Source of the DNA: Gemmatimonadaceae bacterium
GTDB taxonomy: Bacteria > Gemmatimonadota > Gemmatimonadetes > Gemmatimonadales > Gemmatimonadaceae
NCBI GenBank assembly: GCA_044224875.1
Contig: JBGAJQ010000001.1
Location: 224,125-288,124 of the forward strand
Direction of reading: 5' to 3'
DNA length: 64,000 nt
The notes beneath the pieces are model-generated. The model was not told the DNA's origin. It was given only the letters and a program-made list of their open reading frames with translations, and made no database searches. A program made the translations under genes and the position numbers. This document shows, in pieces, positions 56,301 through 64,000 of the stretch. How positions within the stretch are numbered: the first letter of the stretch is position 1; each line of letters opens with the position of its first letter.

Positions 56301-57662
56301 ATGACGTCCCTCGCACCGCGCCTCCGGCTGTTCACCCTGCTCGGGTTGACGCTTGCCACACCGGCCGCTGCCCAATGGACGACGGTCACCGAGCAGTACT
56401 ATCTGCCGGCGTCGCACAACTGGATGTTTCGCGCGGAGCATCCGGTCGCTGACCGGCTGTTCAACGCGTTCGACTATGGCCATGCCATCCTGTACGAGGT
56501 GCTCTGGTCAGCGCGCCAGAACGCGACGAACACGCTCGAGTCGAAGCAGTACGAGTTCATCACGCGTCGGTTGCTGGTCAATCCGCCGCGCCTTCCGCTG
56601 GAGGAGGCGGCGATCGAGCCGAATTACAGCCGCCTGGTTCCCGAAGCCAAAGTGATGTTCGAGTGGGCGCACCTTCTCCACCGGCAGATCTACGACGTCA
56701 TCGCCGACAATCGGCTCAACGAAACCCAGCGCGATGTGGAAGTATCTCGCCTCGTCGCGTATTACCGCAGTCGGCCCGATCTCGCGTTCAGTACGAAACC
56801 GAAGAGCATGTCGCTCATGGAAGGACAGCCGTATTCGCTCGCATTCCGGAAAGGATTCCCGAAGTTCAACGGCCTGATCTGGGGCTATCACTGGCTCCAG
56901 GTCGGTTTGTACGACGCCTTGCTGGCCGGCAGGACGCCTGACGAGCGCTCGGTGAACGTCAACGCCGCCGTGTCGCGATTCCGGCAGATGCTCATCGATC
57001 CGCCCCGCTCATTTCCCTTCGTGATGCCGATGACGCCGGGCGTGGCGCCGCTGTTCACGCAACGCTACCCGGAAGCGGCGGCGATTTTCGACAACCTGCA
57101 CAGCATGCACGACGTGATTTCGGACATCCTGGCGAACGATCAAGTACCGAGAACACGCAAACGCGCCGAGATTCTGCTGGCGGCGGCCCGATATCGCGAT
57201 GATACAACGCAGGTCGTGTCGCGCGAGGAATGGCTCGAAATGGCGGCGGCAATGGGGGTTGAGAACCAGGGCGGTCCGGTGGTGGGAGTGCTGATCGCGC
57301 CGCCCACGCCGACCGTGGAGCTGGGAGCAGTGATGCGCCATGACTCCGCCGCGATGCCAGGCGCCCATGCCGGCCACCGCATGCCCGCCGCCGATTCTCT
57401 TGCACGAGTCGCGGACACCCTTGCGCTCGCCCCCGCCGACGCGGCGACCCGTGAGCGATTGATGAATGCGCTGTTTCGACTGCTGGAGGACCAGGCTGTC
57501 CTGCAAAGAGTCGCGGCAGACAGCGGTCTTCGACGCGCGCTGCTGGATTTGGCGACGTTGATACCAGAGGAGCACCGCGACCACTACCGGATGCTGCTGC
57601 GTGCTCCGCCGGAGGCGGTACCGAAGACCGAAGAAGACGAGACGGCAGGGATAGACCGATGA
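56301..57662 (+). CDS. Secreted His-rich helical hypothetical protein
   Basis: Signal peptide; FDYGH, WAHLLH, GYHWLQ, FDNLHSMHD motifs. Confidence 0.8.
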   Translation: MTSLAPRLRLFTLLGLTLATPAAAQWTTVTEQYYLPASHNWMFRAEHPVADRLFNAFDYGHAILYEVLWSARQNATNTLESKQYEFITRRLLVNPPRLPLEEAAIEPNYSRLVPEAKVMFEWAHLLHRQIYDVIADNRLNETQRDVEVSRLVAYYRSRPDLAFSTKPKSMSLMEGQPYSLAFRKGFPKFNGLIWGYHWLQVGLYDALLAGRTPDERSVNVNAAVSRFRQMLIDPPRSFPFVMPMTPGVAPLFTQRYPEAAAIFDNLHSMHDVISDILANDQVPRTRKRAEILLAAARYRDDTTQVVSREEWLEMAAAMGVENQGGPVVGVLIAPPTPTVELGAVMRHDSAAMPGAHAGHRMPAADSLARVADTLALAPADAATRERLMNALFRLLEDQAVLQRVAADSGLRRALLDLATLIPEEHRDHYRMLLRAPPEAVPKTEEDETAGIDR

Positions 57663-59017
57663 AAAGCTCGCGCATGGGCAGCCGGGTCGCGGCGCTGACG
57701 CTGATGTTCTCCGTGGCGACAGCGGGTGCTGTGCTGGCTCACGCGACGTTGCGGCGCTCCGATCCCCCTGTTGGGGGCCGCGTGACGCTGCCTCCGGCGC
57801 AGTTGCGCCTTGAGTTCAGCGAGGCAGTGGTGCCCAGGACGGCACGCGTCGAACTCGTGGCTCCGGATTCGCAACGGTTCGCTCTTCACGTAATCGGCGA
57901 TTCGTCACGGGCAAACGTGCTGGTGGCGCACGTCCCCGAGCTGAGGGTCGCCGGTCAGTACCGCGTCGACTGGAGGCTGGTTGGTCCTGACGGTCATGCG
58001 GTAACCGGCAAGTATGGGTTCACCGTAGACTCGATCGCCGTTTCGGTCGATACCGCGGCCACGACACCGGCACATCAGGAAGCGGGGCACGAGCCTTCCG
58101 CTGACTCGCTGACTCAACAGGCGATCCGGTTCGCCTCCTCGCTGGCGTTGGTCACCGTGATCGGGAGCGTCGCGTTCGCACTCTTCTTACTGCCCGCGGC
58201 GTCGTCCGGTGCTGCGGGTGAATCCATCGCACTTCGTGATTCGATCGACGGCCGGCTCCGCTCGTTAGCCGTCGTCGGCGGGTGGTCCTTGCTGGCGCTG
58301 GCCGCGGCTCGTCTGGTGAGTCACGGCGCGACGCTCAGTGGCTCGGCGGCCTCGCTGAGCATTGGAGACGTGGGCGACCTGCTGAGCAGCTCCACCTTCG
58401 GGCGCGGGTGGCTGTTGCAAGTCGTCGCGGTAGTCGCCTTGCTGCTCGTGCTTCGGTCGACAAAGTCTGTACGATGGCGTGCATTGGCCGGCATCGCCGT
58501 CGCGCTGGCAATTTCGGCGCCGCTTCTCGGTCACCCGGCGGCCGTGATGGATGTGCCGATCATCGCAGTCGGCCTCGATGCAGTCCACGTCCTGGCTGCC
58601 GGCGGATGGGCGGGGGCGATCCTGGTTACGTCGATTGCCGCGCTTCCTGAGGTCGTCCGGGCGCCGGCGGATCATCGCTTGCTTCTCGCCCGGAACATTC
58701 TGCGAGCGTTTTCTCCGCTTGCCTTGACGTGTGCGGCCGTTCTGGTCCTTACCGGTGCCGCCAGTGCCTGGCTGCAGCTCCGCGACCTCGGGCTGCTGTT
58801 CGGTAGTTCCTATGGCCTCGCGCTCGTCCGGAAAGTGATCATCGTGCTGGTGATGGCCGCGTTCGGCGCGTACCACTGGCGCGTCGCGCAGCCATCGCTG
58901 AATACCGAGCGCTCGATCACACGGCTGCGCCAGTCGATCGCGCTCGACGTCATGCTGGTTCTGCTCGTGCTCATCCTTACGGCAATTCTCACCGGCACCA
59001 CCCCGCCCGTCCGCTAG
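57659..59017 (+). CDS. CopC-CopD fusion copper protein
   Basis: Mature N-terminal HATL and DGH (CopC); multi-TM region with GHPA, VHVLAAGGWAG, SSYG (CopD). Confidence 0.92.
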   Translation: MKSSRMGSRVAALTLMFSVATAGAVLAHATLRRSDPPVGGRVTLPPAQLRLEFSEAVVPRTARVELVAPDSQRFALHVIGDSSRANVLVAHVPELRVAGQYRVDWRLVGPDGHAVTGKYGFTVDSIAVSVDTAATTPAHQEAGHEPSADSLTQQAIRFASSLALVTVIGSVAFALFLLPAASSGAAGESIALRDSIDGRLRSLAVVGGWSLLALAAARLVSHGATLSGSAASLSIGDVGDLLSSSTFGRGWLLQVVAVVALLLVLRSTKSVRWRALAGIAVALAISAPLLGHPAAVMDVPIIAVGLDAVHVLAAGGWAGAILVTSIAALPEVVRAPADHRLLLARNILRAFSPLALTCAAVLVLTGAASAWLQLRDLGLLFGSSYGLALVRKVIIVLVMAAFGAYHWRVAQPSLNTERSITRLRQSIALDVMLVLLVLILTAILTGTTPPVR

Positions 59018-59051
59018 ACCCGTTTGAAAACCCCCGACTCACGAGGACACC

Positions 59052-59528
59052 ATGAAGGTGCACAAAGGATTCGTTCTGACATTGGCCGCGGCGATTGCGA
59101 CCGTGTCGTCAGGAGCAGCGGCACAACACGAAGGACACCAGGCACCGGGAGACTCCGCGGCCGTTGCCACAATTGTCGTGAAGTTCCATGCCGCGCTAGC
59201 GGCGGGAGACAGCCTGGGCGCGCTCGCGTTGCTTGCCGATGACGTGGTCATCCTCGAGAGCGGAGGAGTCGAGTCGCGAACCGAATACCGCTCGCATCAC
59301 CTCCGGAGCGACATCCAGTTCGAGCGGGCTGTGAAAATCGATCGCGGACCCATCCTGGTCCGCTTTCGCGGCGATGTCGCGTGGACCTCATCGACCAGCC
59401 AGGCACAGGGTGAAATGAACGGCCGCGCCGTCAACTCGAGAAGCGCGGAACTGATGGTGCTGGTTCGCTCGCCGGGCGGATGGAAGATCTCGGCGATTCA
59501 CTGGTCATCGCAGCGGCGCACAGGCTGA
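59052..59528 (+). CDS. Periplasmic NTF2/SnoaL-like (DUF4440) protein
   Basis: FHAALAAGD, EYRSHHL..D, WKISAIHWS. Confidence 0.85.
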   Translation: MKVHKGFVLTLAAAIATVSSGAAAQHEGHQAPGDSAAVATIVVKFHAALAAGDSLGALALLADDVVILESGGVESRTEYRSHHLRSDIQFERAVKIDRGPILVRFRGDVAWTSSTSQAQGEMNGRAVNSRSAELMVLVRSPGGWKISAIHWSSQRRTG

Positions 59529-59569
59529 TCGTCACGAAGGTTCCTGTTTCCATCCTGAAGGGAGGTCTC

Positions 59570-60430
59570 ATGTCGAATGCGATACGAAAGCGGCGCTTCT
59601 TCCCGGCTGGCCGCGCGCTCACCATCGCCCTTGTGCTGGCGTTAGGCGCCACTGGCGGGCTGTTCGCCCATGATTTCTGGATCGTACCGATGCAGTTCGC
59701 GTCTGAGCCAGGTGCCGCAATCGAAATGCACGGGCAAACCAGCTCGCGATTTCCGACGAGCCAGAGCGCCGTTGCCGTCGAGCGGGTGGGGGACGCCCGC
59801 CTTCTCAGCGCGGGTGAGGAGGAGCGGGTTACGAACTTGTCCATCGCTGGCCAGTCGCTGGTCCTGATGCACGCGCCTCGCACCGCGGGGCAACGTCTCG
59901 TTGTGGTGGCTCTGCAACCTGCCTCGCGGCGTATAGCGGCGGCCGGACTGAAGAGGTACATCGGGTTGGAAGGCGCGCCCGAACTTGCCGAAGCGCTGGA
60001 GCGCCAGGGCGCATTCACCGATCTTGATTCTGCGACCATGAGAACGCAGAAGTTCGCGAAGTCGATCGTTGAGATCGGTCAACGTGGCCCGCGAGCGTTC
60101 TCGCGCACTGCTGGTCATGGACTGGAAATTGTCCCGCTCAGCGATCCTGGAGCGTTGCATCCCGGCGGCCAGCTGGCGGTTCGCCTTCTCTTCCGCGGGT
60201 CGCCTGTTCCTGGTGTTTACCTTCGGGCCGGCACCGCACCAGATTCGGCGGGAGCAGCAGCGGCCAGACCCGACACGGTCCTCGTCACGAACAGCGAAGG
60301 CGTGGCGACGCTTACTGTCAGGGCAGGGTTATGGAACGTTCGATCGCTGCATGCAGCGCCGTTGCCATCGACTCGGACCGACTGGGACGTGTACTTCGGG
60401 ACTCTCGTCTTTCGCGTCGCAGGACACTGA
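59570..60430 (+). CDS. DUF4198-like periplasmic protein
   Basis: Signal peptide then AHDFWI, FAKSIV, LEIVPLSDP, TNSEGVA; GGAGG RBS. Confidence 0.82.
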   Translation: MSNAIRKRRFFPAGRALTIALVLALGATGGLFAHDFWIVPMQFASEPGAAIEMHGQTSSRFPTSQSAVAVERVGDARLLSAGEEERVTNLSIAGQSLVLMHAPRTAGQRLVVVALQPASRRIAAAGLKRYIGLEGAPELAEALERQGAFTDLDSATMRTQKFAKSIVEIGQRGPRAFSRTAGHGLEIVPLSDPGALHPGGQLAVRLLFRGSPVPGVYLRAGTAPDSAGAAAARPDTVLVTNSEGVATLTVRAGLWNVRSLHAAPLPSTRTDWDVYFGTLVFRVAGH

Positions 60431-60624
60431 ACACGTGCGCACCGGCCAACGGAACCTCGTGACGACTAGCCACCGAATCGTGGCAAACGCCTTTCCGCGG
60501 ACCGGTCGGCTTGCCTTCAAGCCGGTAGTCTATTCCCTTACGAGTATCAGGGTTTCAACTACAGACCCTGGTTCCCTGCCAGTGCTCCTTGAAGTCGGTA
60601 GTTCTGGCTTCCTGGTAAATAGTC

Positions 60625-61008
60625 GTGAGCCATCGCACTGAACGCTTAATCCGGCTCCTCACGGCGTCCGTCGCCGCCATTGCTTTCATGCAGGCGATGG
60701 CGGTGCAGCCTGCGTTGGCATGCGAAGGCATTCACGCATCTATCGATGCGGCATCGGCGATGGAGTCTCCATTGGAGCACCCGACCGGAGATTCAGATTG
60801 TGGCGAGTCTGCGTCGAAGGCTCCAACCCCGCATAGCACCGACTGCCTTCTTACCTGTGTGTCGATGGTAGGCTGCGGCACGCCGTGTCTTGCATCCGAG
60901 CGGTCCTCTGGCGATGTCGCGGCAAGGGAATCCGGCATTTCTCGGTCCCTCGCCGAGGCATACCCCAGCCGTTCACTCGCGCCAGACCGACCTCCACCCA
61001 GGTCGTAG
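60625..61008 (+). CDS. DUF2946/CutF-like leader protein upstream of the cus-like operon
   Basis: Signal-like N-terminus, CLLTCVSMVGC..PC, C-terminal APDRPPPRS*. Confidence 0.75.
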   Translation: MSHRTERLIRLLTASVAAIAFMQAMAVQPALACEGIHASIDAASAMESPLEHPTGDSDCGESASKAPTPHSTDCLLTCVSMVGCGTPCLASERSSGDVAARESGISRSLAEAYPSRSLAPDRPPPRS

Positions 61009-61126
61009 TTCTCCCCGCTTAGTCACCCCTCGGGTGACGTGCGTCCCAGCGATTCCCGCTGGCGCACGAATGGCAAACACGACCGATCGATTCCGATCGC
61101 CGCGTGTCCGTTGGAGAACTCCTTAC

Positions 61127-62506
61127 ATGTCAACCAAAGCTGTTCGGCGCCGAATACCGGCGCCGCCTGCGCCATCGTCTGCGGTTCTGACGTTCGCGCT
61201 GTTCGGCGCTTTGTTCGTTTTGCCAGCGACGATGTTGGGGCAGGATCAGCGCGCGGCTCCGACGGGTTCGGCGCGCGATTCGATTCCGCGGTTGCGCCTC
61301 GGGGCTGTTTACGGGGCGGTTCGCGACCGTAATCCCAGGGCGGAGGCTGCGCGGTCGCTCGCGGAAGCGTTCGGGGCCCGCGTTCCAGCGGCGGGCCTGC
61401 TGCCGGATCCCGAGGTGCAGCTCGGGTTCATGAATTACGAGCTTCCAGCGTTGCGGCCCATGGAGACGTTAGGCATGGTACAGCTGCAGGTGATGCAGAT
61501 GCTGCCGCTGGCCGGCAAACTTCCGCTCTCCACCCGGATCGCGTCGCATCGCGCGGCCGCCGAGCGTTCGCGGTCGGAAAACGTGTCCTGGGACGTACGG
61601 ACTCGCGCGGCCATGGCCTTCTACGAGCTGTTCGCGGCGGAACAGGGCATAGCGATCGCGATCGCAACGCGACGACTCGTCCAGGACGTCGCTCGCATCG
61701 CGCAATCGATGTACGAAGTCGGCGAAGGCAACCAGGCGGACGTGTTGCGCGCGCAAGTGGAGGTTGCCCGCATGACCGAGGAAATCGCGCGCATGGAGGC
61801 GATGCGATCTGCCGCTGCAGCAAAACTGAACGCGCTGATGGATCGCCCCGCCGCGGTGGTAGTCGACTCCGCCTTATTGCCAAGGTTCCCTGACGCGACG
61901 CCGACTCTCGATTCAATCGCCGCGTTGGCCCTGCGGACGCGACCGATGAGCAGGGCGGGTGAGTCGGACCTCGCGGCGGCCGATGCCATGGCCCTCCGCG
62001 CCCGTCGCGAACTGATCCCCGATCTCGTGGTCGGCGTGCAATACGCGCAGCGGGCCGGCGAGATGGGGACCGAGCGCATGGGAAGCCTCATGCTGGGCGC
62101 GTCGATTCCGATCTTCGCCGGACGCCGGCAGTTGAAGTGGCGCGATGAAGCCGACGCGATGCGCGTCATGTCCGCCGCCGATCTCGCGTATATGAAAGCC
62201 GACACGCGCGGCCGCGTCGGTGAAATCATCGCGATGCTGAACCGCGCGCAGCGGCTGGCGGAGCTCTATGAGCAAACGGTGCTGCCGCAGGCCGAAGCCG
62301 CCGTGACATCCGCCATGGCCGCCTATCGAGTCGGACGCGTCGACTTCATGACCGTGCTCGACAACCGGATGACGGTGAACCGGTACAGGCTGGAATTGGT
62401 GACGCTCATGGCGGACGAGGGAAAGGCGTGGGCAGAACTGGAAATGTTGGCCGGCCGGGAACTGTTCGATCCCTGGCAGGTCGCAACGGGAGGTAGAAAT
62501 GACTGA
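61127..62506 (+). CDS. TolC/CusC-like outer-membrane factor, Met-rich
   Basis: LPDPEV, QMLPLAGK, YEVG...QADVLRAQ, YRVGRVDF; GGAG RBS. Confidence 0.88.
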   Translation: MSTKAVRRRIPAPPAPSSAVLTFALFGALFVLPATMLGQDQRAAPTGSARDSIPRLRLGAVYGAVRDRNPRAEAARSLAEAFGARVPAAGLLPDPEVQLGFMNYELPALRPMETLGMVQLQVMQMLPLAGKLPLSTRIASHRAAAERSRSENVSWDVRTRAAMAFYELFAAEQGIAIAIATRRLVQDVARIAQSMYEVGEGNQADVLRAQVEVARMTEEIARMEAMRSAAAAKLNALMDRPAAVVVDSALLPRFPDATPTLDSIAALALRTRPMSRAGESDLAAADAMALRARRELIPDLVVGVQYAQRAGEMGTERMGSLMLGASIPIFAGRRQLKWRDEADAMRVMSAADLAYMKADTRGRVGEIIAMLNRAQRLAELYEQTVLPQAEAAVTSAMAAYRVGRVDFMTVLDNRMTVNRYRLELVTLMADEGKAWAELEMLAGRELFDPWQVATGGRND

Positions 62507-63872
62507 CATCAATGCCGGCGGCGGCCTCTCGCCGTTCGAGCGCTCCGCTCCGACAGGCGCGCGCCGCGTCCTTCGCATCGCCGTGCCGCTGGCGGTGGTG
62601 GCGCTGTCGATTGCGATCGCGTTCATTCTGACACGCGACGAACCCGGCGCCTCGGCCTCCACGGCCCACGATGCCATGGCGCCGATGGGGGACAGCGTGG
62701 TCCCAGTCTCACTCGACGCACAAGCCACGCAACGAATTGGCGTGACCTTCGCTGAAGTCACCGCCGGGCCGATGACAGCCACCGTGCGGTCGGTCGGCCA
62801 GGTGACTTATGACGAAACTCGCACGACAGCCATAGCGCCAAAAATCGACGGGTGGGTCGAGAGCCTCCACGTGAACTTCACCGGCCAGCACGTCGAACAG
62901 GGTGCGGCGCTGCTCGACATCTACTCACCCATGCTGGTGACCGCGCAGGAAGAACTGCTGCTGGCCGTCGGGCTTGTCCGCGACGTAGCCAACGGCACGG
63001 AGGACGCGCGCCGAGCTGCGGAGGAAATGCGTGTCGCCGCGCGCCGACGATTGCAGTACTGGGACATTCCATTGGCGGATGTGGAGCGTGTCGAGCGGAC
63101 GGGACAGGTGACCAGGACAATCACGCTGCGCGCCTCGTCCCGCGGCGTCGTAACGGAAAAATTCGTGCTCAGTGGCCAGCGAATCATGGCTGGTGAAACA
63201 CTCTTTCGGCTCGCCGATCTCCGGACCGTGTGGATAGACGGCCAGGTGTTCGAGCACGATCTCGCGCTGGTACGAGCCGGCCAGCGCGTGTCGATCGAGA
63301 TTCAGGCGTATCCCGGTGAGCGATGGTTGGGCCAGGTGACGTACGTCTATCCATTCGTCGATTCCGCGACGCGTACGGCGCGCATCCGTGTCGCGCTGGC
63401 CAACCCCGGACTTCGTCTCAAGCCGGGGATGTTCGCCACCGTGCACCTGACGACTACGCAACGCGCGCGTGTGCTGAGTGTTCCCCGTTCGGCGGTCTTG
63501 GCGACCGGCCAGCGGTCCCTTGTGTTCCTGAGGACCGCGACCGGAACGCTCAAGCCGCAGGACGTCGTCACCGGCGTGATCAGCGATGACCGGGTCGAGA
63601 TCCGGAGCGGACTCCAGGCGGGCGACACGGTCGTGGCATCGGCGACGTTCCTGATCGACGCCGAATCGAACCTGAAAGCGGCGTTAGGCAGCATGGCGGG
63701 GATGCCTGGCATGGACATGCCGCCGGCCAGACCGGTGCCGAAGCAGCAGGATACGTCGAGCATGCCCGGTATGAAGATGGAACCGGCCAGAAAAGGCCCA
63801 CCCGACCATTCCATGCACGGGATGGCCGACACGATACCGCTGCGCAGGGATTCCACCTCGCGCGAGGAGTGA
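62499..63872 (+). CDS. cusB: CusB-type Cu/Ag RND adaptor with Met/His-rich tail
   Basis: GWVESL, IYSPMLVTAQEE, LKPGMFA, FLIDAESNL, MAGMPGMDM. Confidence 0.88.
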   Translation: MTDINAGGGLSPFERSAPTGARRVLRIAVPLAVVALSIAIAFILTRDEPGASASTAHDAMAPMGDSVVPVSLDAQATQRIGVTFAEVTAGPMTATVRSVGQVTYDETRTTAIAPKIDGWVESLHVNFTGQHVEQGAALLDIYSPMLVTAQEELLLAVGLVRDVANGTEDARRAAEEMRVAARRRLQYWDIPLADVERVERTGQVTRTITLRASSRGVVTEKFVLSGQRIMAGETLFRLADLRTVWIDGQVFEHDLALVRAGQRVSIEIQAYPGERWLGQVTYVYPFVDSATRTARIRVALANPGLRLKPGMFATVHLTTTQRARVLSVPRSAVLATGQRSLVFLRTATGTLKPQDVVTGVISDDRVEIRSGLQAGDTVVASATFLIDAESNLKAALGSMAGMPGMDMPPARPVPKQQDTSSMPGMKMEPARKGPPDHSMHGMADTIPLRRDSTSREE

Positions 63873-63877
63873 CGGCC

Positions 63878-64000
63878 ATGCTCAAGCGAATCATCGAGTG
63901 GTCCGTGGTGAATCCACTCCTCGTGGTGTTGTTCACCGTTGCCGCCATCCTGGGCGGCATCTGGGCGGTTCGGGCGACGCCGCTCGAGGCGCTACCCGAC
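63878..64000 (+). CDS. cusA: CusA-type RND permease, 5' end only
   Basis: MLKRIIEWSVVN...GIWAVRATPLEALPD, 5 bp after cusB. Confidence 0.82.
   Translation, partial: MLKRIIEWSVVNPLLVVLFTVAAILGGIWAVRATPLEALPD

Larger units (their letters stand above)
21054..64000. mobile_element. Probable genomic island at tRNA-Asn (defence, DNA-transfer-like and metal-resistance cargo); right end not visible
   Basis: Abrupt switch to accessory genes and visibly lower GC after the tRNA. No integrase or second att copy noticed in the window. Confidence 0.6.

Noticed and set aside
60531..60560. Possible MerR/CueR-type promoter (CCCT...AGGG dyad) before the cus leader
   Set aside because: The -35 and -10 boxes are poor and the spacing does not fit.
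1..64000. CRISPR array, rRNA, IS transposase or phage structural genes
   Set aside because: No regularly spaced repeats, rRNA-like sequence, or transposase, integrase or phage motifs seen.

Overview
High-GC bacterial chromosomal window; the gene repertoire resembles Gemmatimonadota, which is inference only. Positions 1-21 kb are core-like: an ECF sigma/FecR/TonB-receptor signalling locus, an aminotransferase, a DUF5916-like outer-membrane protein, a MacAB-TolC-type exporter whose adaptor gene sits in a degenerate ~1.48 kb tandem duplication, tlpA, a YbaK-like gene, marR-yceI and msrA. A probable genomic island begins at tRNA-Asn(GTT) (20981-21053) and runs off the right edge. It carries: (i) a catalytically inactive, RsAgo-like long-B prokaryotic Argonaute followed by a PD-(D/E)xK nuclease and a RES-domain protein; (ii) an integrase-less array of three unknown genes separated by attC-like sites; (iii) an operon of two VirD4/TraD-like ATPases around a 2-TM protein, the larger ATPase fused to a restriction-endonuclease-like domain and an excisionase-like HTH; (iv) a large metal-resistance region (merR-merB without merA, ArsR plus a P1B-ATPase, czcCBA, two PII-like proteins, HEAT-repeat lipoproteins, a phosphoesterase, a P1B-4 ATPase, copCD, cusCBA-like). 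Three metal operons are preceded by small Cys/His leader ORFs with Pro-rich C-termini whose last codons are complementary to the next gene's Shine-Dalgarno region. All calls are from motif recognition by eye; no database searches were run.
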